A stretch of 64,000 nt of DNA from the NCBI GenBank assembly GCA_051294905.1, contig CM119372.1, positions 30,816,001-30,880,000 of the forward strand, written 5' to 3'. The DNA is from Botryllus schlosseri (lineage: Eukaryota). Shown here piece after piece: positions 10,923 through 23,235 of this stretch (the first letter of the stretch is position 1; each line of letters begins with the position of its first letter). Under the pieces are notes generated by a model. The model did no database searches, was not told where the DNA came from, and worked only from the letters and a program-made list of their open reading frames with translations. The position numbers and the translations under genes were made by a program.

Positions 10923-13505
10923 TAGGGTGGAGTGAAAAATGAAAATTTTTGAATTTCAAAAAAGGGTCTTGATATGTGGTGCCAAATAGTAAACAAATAA
11001 ATTCTATCAAAATTTTGGGTTCATACACCCTCTAGTGGTCGTGCAATTTCACCGAACGAGCCAAAAACAGCTAATTTCGCCATATCTTGATCATCACTTA
11101 CACTAGAAAGTCAGTTTTGGGCTTAAAAGATGCAGAAGCAACATGTTTCTATCACACTTCCATAGAACTTACTCTTAAAAATGAACAGAAAAAAGTTGCA
11201 AGCAAATTTCTGATTTTATAGGTAAAATTAAGCACTGAAGCAGTGGGTAGGATGTCAAAAGCGTGTAGTGATTGATCTTATGACTGAGCAACATACCCTA
11301 TCAATTAGAACCACTTTTCAAAACTTGCTCAAACAAATGAAACCCCCTCCAAGCATAAATAAGGCTCGGGCATCGAATAGAGACTGCTAAAACTGTATTT
11401 AAAACAGCGTTCATTGGTAGTGCAGCGTCGCGATATCGGTAAGTTTATAACAACGGCCTCATGAGATTTCTTACCAAAATGCTGTCATAGGGTTTGCATC
11501 ATATTTGTCACAAAGGTCCTCAATGAAAGCACAAAAATTGAAAATACACATTCAAAACACAAACATCAATTCTATACTGGAAACAGAAAATTTTTGTAGC
11601 AGAATCATATGAGTATCAGTGTGCACAAACATTTAAATCATGTTTAGTATTGGAAGATTTCATCTGCTTTCAAGACTTCAGTTTTCGTCTGATGAGGCTA
11701 TATCTACGTTTAAATCCTGAAACACGGGTAGATGCCTCAGTAACCTCGTTTTAATGTCTTTCCACTTCCTGGTTGTGGCAAGGATGACTGAGCCTTAATG
11801 GTGATGATCTTAGGTTTTCCACCTCGACATCTGACAAGGTCTTGCTTGCAGGCGGCTGTTCAATATCTTTGTGGTTTAAGTTGACAATTTGTTGGTAAGA
11901 TCAAGCCTTGATGTTGATAACTGGAATTTGGAAGAAACTGATGCCCAATGTCGCTGTTTTTAGGTTTGGTGTCATTTATATATCCTCCTTCAAATTCATA
12001 ATTGGAATTTGGTATGGTGTGGTTGTTCTGCGCATAGCTGTAATCTTGTTAACTGTAAATCTTCGGACGTTTCCCTCCTCGTCACCAAAGCATTCCCAGC
12101 AAAATATTTTCTGGATGTTCAAAATGAGCATTTCTTCGTAGCAAAGATAGTGCAAGGGAGTGGATTCGGGTATCAGTCAGCTTTGTGACACGGGTAACTA
12201 TATTGTGGAAATTTTTAGCACTATCTACACTGGAATTGTGCATTTTTATTTCAAACCATAACGGAAAATAGACCTCCATGCAGAATCGAGCAAGACAGTT
12301 CCGATTTCTCGATGGACGACTCTGTCCGACTTAGTACTTTGAAATTTGAGATGCGAGAGTAAACCATATTGAATGAACGACGGGCCCAGCCTCTAAATAT
12401 TGCAAATCTGGTTCCAATTTACGACTTTGAAGGAGGATAAATAAATGAAACCAAACCCTAAAGCAGCAACATTGACACCAGCATCAGATTCTTCCAAATT
12501 CCAGTTATCAACATCAAGGCTTAATCTTTCCACCAAATTGTCACCTAAAAACCTCAAAAATATTGAACAGCCGCCTGCATCGCAATCAAGATCTTGTCTG
12601 ATCACGAGCTGGGAAACCTATGATCAACACCATTAAGGCTCAGTTATCCTTGCCACAACCAAGCACTGGAAAGACATGTGACAGTGGTGACATAAGCATC
12701 TGCTCAATGTTTCAAGATTTAAACGTAGAGATAGCCTCATCAGACAAAAACTGAAGTCTTGAAAGCAGATGAAATCTTTCAATACTAAACATCATTTTAT
12801 TGTTTGTGCACACTCATATGATACTGCTACAAAAAATTTCTGTTTCCAGTGTAGAATTGATGTTGGTGTTTTGAATGTGTATTTTCAATTTTTGTGTTTT
12901 CATTCCGGAGCTTTGTGCCAAATATGATACAAACCCTACGACAGCATTTTGGTAAGAAATCTCATGAGGGCCGTTGTTATAAACTTACCGATATCGTGAC
13001 GCTGCACTACCAATGGACGCTGTTTTAAATACAGTTTTAGCAGTCTCTATTCGATGCCCGAGCCTTATTAATGCTTGGAGGGGGTTTCATTTGTTGGAGC
13101 AAGTTTTGAAAAGTGGTTCTAATTGATAGGGTATGTTGCTCAGTCATAAGATCAATCACTACACGCTTTTGACATCCTACCCACTGCTTCAGTGCTTAAT
13201 TTTACCTATAAAATCAGAAATTTGCTTGTAACTTTTTTTCTGTTCATTTTTAAGAGTAAGTTTTATGGAAGTGAGATAGAAACATGTTGCTTCTGCATCT
13301 TTTAAGCCCAAAACTGACTTTCTAGTGTAAGTGATGATCAAGATATGGCGAAATTAGCTGTTTTTGGCTCGTTCGGTGAAATTGCACGACCACTAGAGGG
13401 TGTACGAACCCAAAATTATGATAGAATTTATTTGTTTACTATTTGGCACCACATTTCAAGACCCTTTTTTGAAATTCAAAAATTTTCGTTTTTCACTCCA
13501 CCCTA
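10923..13505. mobile_element. Foldback hAT (hATm-like) element with about 1.1-kb inverted arms, each a transposon 3' end carrying a transposase remnant
   Basis: Termini TAGGGTGGAGTGAAAAA / TTTTTCACTCCACCCTA; 8-bp TSD ATGCGGAT (10915-10922, 13506-13513); empty site at 46296-46303. Minus strand 12290-11640 encodes decayed YFPLWFEIK..RNAHFEHPENILLGML and HPCHNQEVERH*NEVTEAS transposase-like motifs. Confidence 0.9.
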
Positions 13506-15006
13506 ATGCGGATGCAATACGCCGACTTGAAGTTCCGAAAATCATTCACCGCTGTCAAGTTTTCTTTTATTTTGATGGAAAATACAGTAAGATATTTGTA
13601 CTTCGTTTTCTGAATGTTTTTTGAAGTAATAATATTATTATCTCGGAGCGATAATTCAATTAAATCCGATCCAATTTTTTTTGCTTTCTGGCTCACTACA
13701 AAGTCATTGATTAGTTTCGACAATCTTCGGTTCGTAAGCCTAATATTCGAAATGCTCTGTGACTAAATTAGGGGCAGTAGATCGCTTTCAATGGAAAGTG
13801 GAATAAACGGAATTCCAACTCCAACTGAAGTTCAAATGAGTTCGTGTACGTGACTCATGCTCGCGGCCGTGCGGTGATGAATAGATCGATTGAAATGACT
13901 ACTGACGATAACCAGTAACCACGATTCAAAGCAAATTAGTGCCTTCTTGAATACTGATCTGCACTCTGCCAATATACTGATTACTATCGATAGCTTAGGT
14001 CAGTGCTTTTCAACCTGTGTGACGGTTCGCACTAGTGCGAATGAAAAAAATTGTAGTGCGAATGACGAAGGAGGTGCGAATGAAAATCCCGGATGAGTGC
14101 GAATGACGAAGGTGGTGCAAACGGCGCAAATGAAAATCCAGGATGAGTGCGAATGAAAATCGTGAATCATAATTGTTAATTTTTCTGACCTGGAAAAATT
14201 CAAATAAACCTAATAGAAAATTCAAGGGCAGTGTAACTTTTGTTGTTGCTACGCAATTGTAAAACTTTTTAACTTACGACCTACCACTAGTTGTAGCTCT
14301 CTTAAGCCGCACTATAATTATTACGTAACCAAATGCCTGGTTTGGAAGCTCGTGTAGTGTACGACATACACTTTATCTATAGATAACTAACCTACGTTTA
14401 GTTATCTATAGTTTATCAGCCCGACTGAGCCTGCGACAGGCTGGAAAAATGACGTCAAATTGACTTTCTGCATTCTTTCGCGAAACAATCATCATACATT
14501 CGTAATAACTGTTCGATAAGTGCGAGGCACGAGGATAGTAGTAAATACCATCATTACAGACTCCCATTTGCAAATTACGGTAACGCAAATTCTTACCCCT
14601 TCAAGGGTTAATTATTAAAGTATGGGCCGCAAAGGGTATAATTTGGGCCGACACGGTGCCAGAGCTATCTGTTAATATGTATGCAATATTTGTTGAATTT
14701 ATTACAAAAGATCCTGCGATAGTTTTTAAAAATCCAAGGTCACTGTGTTGACTACTGTAGCTAATAAGGGAGACACGCAGAAAATATGGCTTTATCATAA
14801 AAATTCATGATAAGATTTGCCCGACTGTACCGATGCTGGATGATCAAACCATTCGATATGGATATGCTCCGTTTTCGGCGCGGAATAGTCCCGTTTTTGC
14901 AATCTGAGTAGATGGTACTTCAACACGCTCAGGAATTTAATGCACCCTAATTTGAAATCGCGTGCGTCGGACATATTTTGTAGAGCTGTGTTGGATAGAA
15001 TTGTGG

Positions 15007-15289
15007 TGTTTGTTTGTTTGTTTCGAGGTATTCATGGTGTTTGTCGACTACTGTGGTCATTTACACCAGGCCGAAATTCTTCATTTTAATTCCGTAACTG
15101 CCGACTTATAGCACGACCCACTTCTAGGCTTTTTGTAAGACACCGCTTACGCGGATGAGGTGGCGAGGAGGAGCCCAGATAAACCTCCAACACTTAGGTA
15201 TGGGAATTCTGAAGTCAACCTAGGTCGGACTTGAACCCGCAACCCATTGGTGTTGCTGCCGCGGATTATACCACTGCGCTATCTCGCTA
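15007..15289 (-). mobile_element. tRNA-derived SINE, family B
   Basis: Reverse-complement copy of 18671-18943; (CAAA)n tail. Confidence 0.85.
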
Positions 15290-15859
15290 CTAGAATTACG
15301 GTGTGCGCGCTCCAGTGGCGGCTCGTGACAATATCGGGTGGTGGGGAAAGGGCTGCAAGCGACTTTTTATCAACATGACGTCACAATGGCGTTTTCCAAC
15401 GTAAACAAGTAACTTAATGATGGTACGGTAACATGAATTTCCCGGCAACAGTGATTTTAACGTATGTGCCACGAGAGGTCCGCTGGTGAACTGTGACTTG
15501 AAGTGTGGTAACTGCGTAAACGGCGTACGGAACAAAGATTCAACACGGTTCATGTTCGCATTAGACCTGACTAATTATCTGCTGAAATAGAAATGACTAT
15601 AACTCGAGAGATAGCGTAAGCCTAATTGGAAAGGTCAACGAATTCGGACAGATACGCAATTGTTATCTCATAGATGGGGCCTGTCCTATTGAATCCAAAA
15701 CATCATTCTAAAGAACTAAGAATAGCAGCCTCGGAAATTTGGTCTCGGTAGTCGGTACAGCATAAGAGATTTTGGCCTTGAAACTGGAGACTGTAACACG
15801 ACACATACGTTTTTATTACTGTCTTATAGGTCCGCTGCGAAATCGCCTTTGGAAAATAT

Positions 15860-17060
15860 GTTACCGAATAAATACGTGGATGAAAGCCTTAAAGTTGGTA
15901 CACTGTTACATGACATTATCGAGAAGTGGCCTCACGGCCCTTTTCGGTATGGTACACTGTCAAAATTAATGCGAACAGACCAACACCGAATTTTGCGTAA
16001 AATTTACTGAGGAATAGGCTGATCAGGTGATCAGCTGTTAGCCGCCATCGAAAACGAAATAACTATCGCGCTTGACAGGGGGTTGTAAGCAAAGGGCTTG
16101 AAGGCCACAATTTCACGGTGAAATTGACATTGGAGAATATAATATCAAAGTAAATATTTGAATGCAAACTGAGAATGATATCATCATCTCAGTTAACGTT
16201 ACCGCAGATACACCGGCTTTTGCGTGAAATCCGCAATGTGTTGTAGGCTAAAGTGTCAGATCGGAGCACATCTTTACCATACTCGACCTTGATAACGAAA
16301 TTACTGCCCTAATCATTGAGTGTCAACCTTGAGACTTGGCACAGCGTTCGATACTAAAATCAAGACATACCGTGCAAAAGCTCATGACGGATCTAGGTAA
16401 GGAGCATCGTTAAAATCAATAGAGACCAATACCGGCTTTGCGTATAATCTGTTAGCGATAAATGACGAGTCAGCTCTCACTCGAATTAGGAAACGAAATT
16501 ACCACTAACACAGTTCAGTGACAAACTTAAAACTTGGTACAGCGTTCGATACTAACATTAAGACTTACCATGCCTAATGTCATAACCGATCTCAGTATTG
16601 AACATCGTCAAAATCAATGGATACCAATACCGGCTTTTAAGTAAAATCTGTTTGCGATACATGACGGATCAGCACACACTCAACTTCGGAAACGGAATTA
16701 CTACCCTAAACTTTAAGTAGAAACCCTGAAACTTGGGGCAGTGTTAAATACCACCATCACGACATGACGTAACAAGTTTCAAGAGTTTTCATGGTGTGAA
16801 ACCACTATAAAATCGACCTATACCAGCAAAGGTCGACTAAACGCATATGACGGTAACAGAGTTTAGCTATAGATACGATTGCTACATCACACCTTAAGGG
16901 CACAGAGCTATCGTGCCCCAGTTGCTCGGTAATTTTATGAATAGGAGAGAGTAAATCACCGTTTCTTTATTGGGCGCAGCTTTGAGAGAATAGATGGTGA
17001 AAGCTTGTTATGAGCGCTACCGGGGCAAGCCCCGGCTAGGCATTCGCAAAGCGAAAACAC
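15860..17060 (+). repeat. Degenerate tandem repeats of about 200 bp ending in two small hairpins; possible Helitron/Helentron-type non-autonomous element
   Basis: Recurring ACCAATACCGGCTTT..GCGT.AAATC (about 15978, 16208, 16425, 16623) and AAACTTGG motifs; hairpins CCGGGGCAAGCCCCGG (followed by CTAG) and TTCGCAAAGCGAA at about 17020-17055. Confidence 0.5.
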
Positions 17061-17914
17061 AGAAGAGAATTCGATTTTCGCAGAGACTTCGCTATATATG
17101 GGCGTTTACAAGCGAAAGGACAAGAAGTATACGATTTTCGCTGTGCTTTCGGTTTATATAGATAGGTGTGCGTCTATAAATGGTAAAGAATTGTTATTGA
17201 ACAGAATTTTAGGTGGGGCAATGCCCCAGTTGCCCTATAGGACGAGCCGCCACTGGCGCGCTCTGTATGTCATACATGTCCGTAAAATCGTAGCATACAA
17301 CTGTAATATTAAAAATGAATTCCTTCTCTTGGGTAAGGCTCGGGTCGCGAGATGCCACAAAAACTCAGATTTTGGAGGTAGTCTAAAAAGCTTCTTTAAC
17401 GTTAGTAAACTGTTATGATTCTCAAGTTAGATTGAACTAAAGAGCAGAACACACAGTATCGTGAGTTTATTTGCTCTTCCCACATACTCGCGAGACAGAA
17501 AATGGGAAAGTTGGAGCAACGTATCATGAGGTAGCGAGCTCTAATGTGCCTATTCTCCGTGATCGTTTGGACCTCATTTTCCAAGACATAAAGCAAAAGC
17601 CTCAACACAAACAAGTGGGTTTTTCACCCTTTCGACATACTGGAGCCTCCTAGACCTTTTTGTCAGCTTTCAAAATCGATTTCTTCGAGCAAGCACTGTT
17701 CAGTGTTCACTCATGAAAAAAAACGTTGTATTTTGGATACGAGTGCAGAACAGATTTTAAGACCTGGCCATCCCAAGCACTAGTACACGTTCTTGTACAA
17801 AGCGTAACAACTTGTTCAGCCGAAAAGCAATTTAGTGAAATAGTTGAAATCAAAACGACCGAAAATACTAGCCTTTCTAATGAGACACTTGATAGCTTAA
17901 GATATACATAGTAG

Positions 17915-19788
17915 CAGACATGGGGTGATTACTTCATGAATGTAATCGATTGCGATTACGATTACTTCTGAATCACGCGATTACGATTACAGCAAAATCA
18001 GGAAGTAGTCGATTACGATTACGATTAAATTGGAAAAGTAATCACGATTACTCACGATTACATTAATCTTGCTTCTCAGAACTAATCTTAGAAGATATAT
18101 TGGAAGACAATATCAAGGAATTAGGGATTGCGATGAAAAGACCTAATGAGATAACAACTTCCTTCATAAATGAGACGCTATTTGCTTGTTACGTCATAAT
18201 GTACCAATTATCCCACTCTATAGGGGACGATTTATCGCACCCAACGATTTGCATTCTTGCCTGGTTCGTAACTGTCGCACCCCAAACTCCCCAATAGGGT
18301 GGGAACCGAGCTCGAAGGGGAGTCAAAAGTCAGATAATTATAGAGTATTTTCGAGAGATTATATTAACTTGGAAATTTTCTTCGAGCTTCGCGATATAAG
18401 GCATCTAGATAGCTTGATTTTGAAATGCATACCTGTCCCCCTCAAGAAAAAAAGCATGATTTATAGGAATATGCATTTCGGTGCCGGTCATTACCGCGCC
18501 ATAACACACCAAAGGACATATGCAGTTTCGGCTAACGTCCGACTCGACGAAGTGTGCTAACAAATACCTTGACCGGAACTTTATGTATGTGTCCTATGTA
18601 AATAGTCGAGCTGGGTGGGCGTGGCGAATAGTCCTGCCATTCCAATCTCAGCCGCACATCTCATATGTCAGGTGTGGCGAGATAGCGCAGTGGTATAATC
18701 CGCGACTGCAACACCAATGGGTGCGGGTCCGACCGAGGTCGACTTCCGAATTCCGATACCTTCAAGTGTTGGCGGTTTACCTAGGCTCCTCCTCGCCACC
18801 TCATCCGCGTCAGCGGTGTCTTACAAAAGCCTAGAGGTGGGCCGTGCTAAAAGTCGGCAGTTATGGAAAATAAGAAGAATATCGGGCTGGTGTAAATGAC
18901 TATAGTAGTCGACAAACACCATGAATACCCCAAAACAAACAAAATCTCATATGTCACCCGACGCACCCACAAAGGAATGAAGACATGACAATTTGTGCGG
19001 GCGTCTCACGACAGTTTTTCTTTTAGTCTGCTGCGCTTGGGCGACTACAATATCTTTTGATTATATAACAGACGAGAGGTAAAGATTCAACAACATACTA
19101 TAATATAATTATAAAAACATACCAGAAGCTATAATTATTCAATTAAGTGCCCCCAGCTCTACAGGTAAATCTGACAATCGGGGGCTGTAAGAGTAACAAT
19201 AAAATGCAATTACCAATATTATTGACGAAATGCAGTCATCAACTTGAAAAATGACCAGGATATCCCTATCAGGGCCCAAGACCAACTTTTAGAGCGGGGA
19301 CGAATTGCTGTATTGGTACTGATTCTAGCAACAACCCACGCTTTAACCTGGTGTGGAAGCGGATGGCTATGGTGGCAGGTTCGAATGTTGAGTAAATAAA
19401 TGCGAAATAACGATTGGCGCCCGTTTCAAATAGAGTCGTATGAGAATAAGATAAAGTGAACATACAATTCTGCCGTCCACTTAATACATATAGCCTACTA
19501 CGACTGCCATTACGAGAAACGGCAAAGAACGGTTGCCATGTTATGATATATATCAGCAGCTGTTGATTTAATGCTTCGTTGTGGAAATCGTAATGTTTTA
19601 TTTGACGAGTACAAAATTTCATATCTTTGTCGGGTGTTTTTACTTACGTACATAGGTCTACTGCTCGCCAACCAGCAACAGTCAAACTGCGTTTAAATAC
19701 GGTAGCCGTCGATTAGTAATCTACCGAAAATTTTTTCGAATGTAATCGGTTGCGATTACGATTACTAATCGCGATTACCCCATGTCTG
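17915..19788. mobile_element. Non-autonomous hAT element with GATTAC subterminal repeats
   Basis: TIR CAGACATGGGGT / ACCCCATGTCTG; perfect 8-bp TSD CATAGTAG (17907-17914, 19789-19796). Confidence 0.9.
18671..18943 (+). mobile_element. tRNA-derived SINE, family B, full length
   Basis: Head GTGGCGAGATAGCGCAGTGGTATAATCCGCGACTGCAA (A-box, GCA anticodon-like loop); CAAA tail; 13-bp TSD ATCTCATATGTCA (18658-18670, 18944-18956). Confidence 0.9.
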
Positions 19789-22700
19789 CATAGTAGCCAA
19801 TTTGTTTCACATCTGAACAAATAAATGTTGTATTTTCATCTTCTTTTTGTATAACAATTTTCGGTTAGTTTGTGCGGATGAAATTTATTTTACAAAAAAA
19901 GTGCGAATGAAGCTCAAAAAGCACATCCTGCGTACTCGAGTATTTCCTGTAATATCAATTCTGATTTTTTTCATCAAAGTCAACTCTATCACGGAAAGAA
20001 AAGGCAAGCATCAAGTGCATGGGTGTCTCAGAGATGATGATTTCGAAAAAAAAACACTGATTTCAACCTAATTTAGCTGTCTAAAATAACATACAGCCAT
20101 TTCCATTGAATTTACTAACGGGAGACCCGCTTTGTTAAAGCTGCCAAGCTAATATTCACAATTTCAAGGATGTTTATTGCAATCCATAACAGGGTACAGT
20201 AGAGGACTATTCCAATAGTGTTTGTTTATGCAACCGTGTTTATGTAGAATTATAACCTGAAGTGTGCAGGAGAGTTTAAGGATGGCATAATTAGGTAAAA
20301 CGTTATGGTACCTTCGAAAGCATAATTCATCGCATGAAAATACAACGAAATAGTAGTGTTTACTGTACACGTACATTGTGCAGTACAGGTATATATCTAA
20401 GATTAAATACCGTAACGGTTGCGGTAGCGTTTGATATAAATTCGTCGGATTTGTAATTTTGCAAATTGCGGACACGGAGTAAAGAGACAGCCGTTTATAT
20501 TTCAACCGCTTATAATCCTTGTATTTCGTACCAATAACGGCAAAATTCCACGAAATAAATATGTAATAAACGTGGTCCGTCGTTCGATTTCTTTCGGATC
20601 ATTGGTATACGATGTTGTAATGAATCTTAGGCGCGGTCGACAAGACATCGTTTAAGATCTCTTTGACTTCGTTATCCTGGCTCAAAACAATGACTGTGCT
20701 TCCCGGCGTTCTGGTGATGTGCGGTGTCATTGCCAGCCAGGCTGCAAACGATACGACAATCAAGGTATAGTGTTTGATGATATATGAGTAGAACAACCCT
20801 AATGCAAAATATGATTTTCCGACATATACACTAAGAATCATTCGCTCAAAATGTCATAATCGAGAACGGGTTTCAGCTTCACATTAAAGGCTAAATGAAA
20901 ATCCGGAATTAATTGCCTGTCACGTCCAAATCCAAGTCCATAGTCCGCAAGGACTGTGAATATAATATATTCGTGAGTTGTGACAAAATCGTAGCCTACT
21001 AAAATTATCTGTCGTGTGTTCAAATACAAAACCAACCAACCAGGTTCAAAACGATCGCAAATACAAAACCAATCTCAATACAGTAGAAATATTGAACTCC
21101 AATTCGAAAATCCAAATCCATGCTCATTGCTCATCGCTGGTACGGGCAGATACTGTAATGGCAGAGCTTGTTTTCGCTCTGACAACGTTTTAATTGATGA
21201 TTTGGTGGCAGAAAGAGCCAACCATAAGTACTGTAAAATATATAAAACACTGCGCTGTTTTATCTGTAGATATAATTTCGTTGAAAGCCCACATTCACAA
21301 CGATATGTTGATGGGCAGCAATGACATGACAGTTTGCCGCACTTCTGCTGTATTAATATATTTATTTAATGTCAATTTATTTCTTTTATTATAGTGGAGT
21401 AGACTCAGCTCAGGGATATATCTTCGCAAATTTTGTTCGTGGCGTCCATGATCCTCGTAGTTGGGAATCCCGGCTCTAAACTAATACGAAAACAGGCGCA
21501 AGCCAAAATTTCAATTTCAAGGATTATACTTATAAGGAATGCAGTGGGATTATAGACAAATCACTGCGTACTGAAATTTCCTAGTCCTTTTAAATGAGCT
21601 ATACCCACTTGACTTTATCCAGTATACATGTAGTCATACAGTCATATAATTCTATACATAGGTTCGGTTACGATACTACTCGGTCTATTTAAATATTGCC
21701 GATTCATGCTTTCAATGCAGCGATCTCGCCTACGGCACGTTTTCTCCCATTTGCGGTACCGCTTTCAATTATAATCTCTTAAATTCTGAGAGTGCATTCC
21801 TCTTTTCAACACTTTAATCATTACTATTTGTAAATTCGATTGACAGACTTCATCAAGTCCTTTGAACTATATCAAATCTTTTAACAGCATCAGATAAAGA
21901 CATTGGCAAAGGAGCGCACGAATTATAAATCAATCCTTTGACCAAATGCCTGTTTCAACTGTCGATATATACCTTTCTTGTTGGTCAGTCGTTCCAAACC
22001 GTCGAACACGACGAGATCGAATTTTCCAAGCTCAACGGGCAGCCAGGTCAACTGAATGTAAGCGAAATAAGATATATATTGCAAGCGAGAATATTGTCAT
22101 CATAAGACCATGACGGCCGAAAAGAAAGAAACTTAACAGTCATTGTAAAACAGTGGTTCTCAACAAAATGTTTCGAACAATGTATTGTATCTTGCAGTAC
22201 ATGGCGTGTCGAAATCCGAGAGAGAGGGACTGTACCAATTTGAGAGTTGGAGCCTTTTCTACAGAAGAGATGTTTTGGTGATTTCTTGCCAAAATGATCA
22301 ATGAAATATTCTAGTATTTCAGAGCCACAAAATCAAATTGTCAGTATATTACTACCACAATATTCTGTTTAATGTTGTGAACGACAACCTGAAATGTCCG
22401 TTATATAATAAGAGTAGCTTTGATTGGAGTACATGGATGTTAAAGTTAAGAACTGGCTGCGGTATTCCCTATATTTTATCGAACTAAATTCAATGTGAGC
22501 AGTTTTCAGTCGGTTTACTGGTCGCAGAAAGCAATACAATCAGTTCAACTTTCCCCCTATCGCCGCCAATCGCAGAGCTGGATTTGGGGTGTGTACATTG
22601 GACTCGTATCCGATAGGCATGAATCCGAAACCGATGGTTGCTATAACCACTATGATTTGATTCCTAATATAGCGCATACCATTATTAGATCGTCACTCAG

Positions 22701-23004
22701 TCGAGTATTCATGGGGAGTGATTCAAGTGCGAAGTATTTTCAACAATCAAGTCTAAATCCGACCTGACTTCGACCTGTACCCAATTGTCTTAAATAAAAC
22801 CCTTAAAATATGAGGGGTAGACCATGAAAATTTCTAAAAATGTGCGTTGGAGTAAAAGGTTAAGAACCACTGACCTAGACAGAGAGAAAGAGAGAGCGAT
22901 CGAGAGCCGTACTTTAACAACATGTAGCATATATATTAGATTGACCACAGTTGCCGTCGCACAAAGAATGCAAGCATCAAATCCGTATCATGGGTCATTG
23001 TTTC

Positions 23005-23235
23005 GTGACGTTCATGGTGTTTTTCGACTGCAATGATCATTTACACCTTGCCGATGTCATTTGTAATGGTTCCGTATCTGCAGACTTATAGCACGGTCCA
23101 CTACTAGGCTATTTTTATGCAGATAGCGAGGACAAGCCTAGATGGACCTCCAACACTTCGGTATAGGAATTCCGGAGTCGAATTCGATCGGACTTGCTGT
23201 TGAAGCTATAGATCATACCACTACGCTATCTAGCC
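23005..23235 (-). mobile_element. SINE family B, old copy predating the duplication
   Basis: Diverged copy; counterpart at the equivalent position 53300-53538. Confidence 0.75.

Larger units (their letters stand above)
14001..19925 (+). mobile_element. Decayed hAT DNA transposon hosting nested insertions
   Basis: Absent from copy 2 (empty site about 46730). Starts CAGTGCTTTTCAACC with GTGCGAATGA subterminal repeats (14035-14160); hAT C-terminal-like remnant SVTTCSAEKQFSEIVEIKT at about 17790-17860; degenerate right end GTGCGAATGAAGCTCAAAAAGCAC. Confidence 0.65.

Noticed and set aside
14035..14160. Regularly spaced GTGCGAATGA repeats (and the 200-bp units at 16.2-16.8 kb) as a CRISPR-like array
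   Set aside because: Eukaryotic context, short degenerate repeats, spacers are themselves repetitive, no cas genes; they fit transposon subterminal or tandem repeats.
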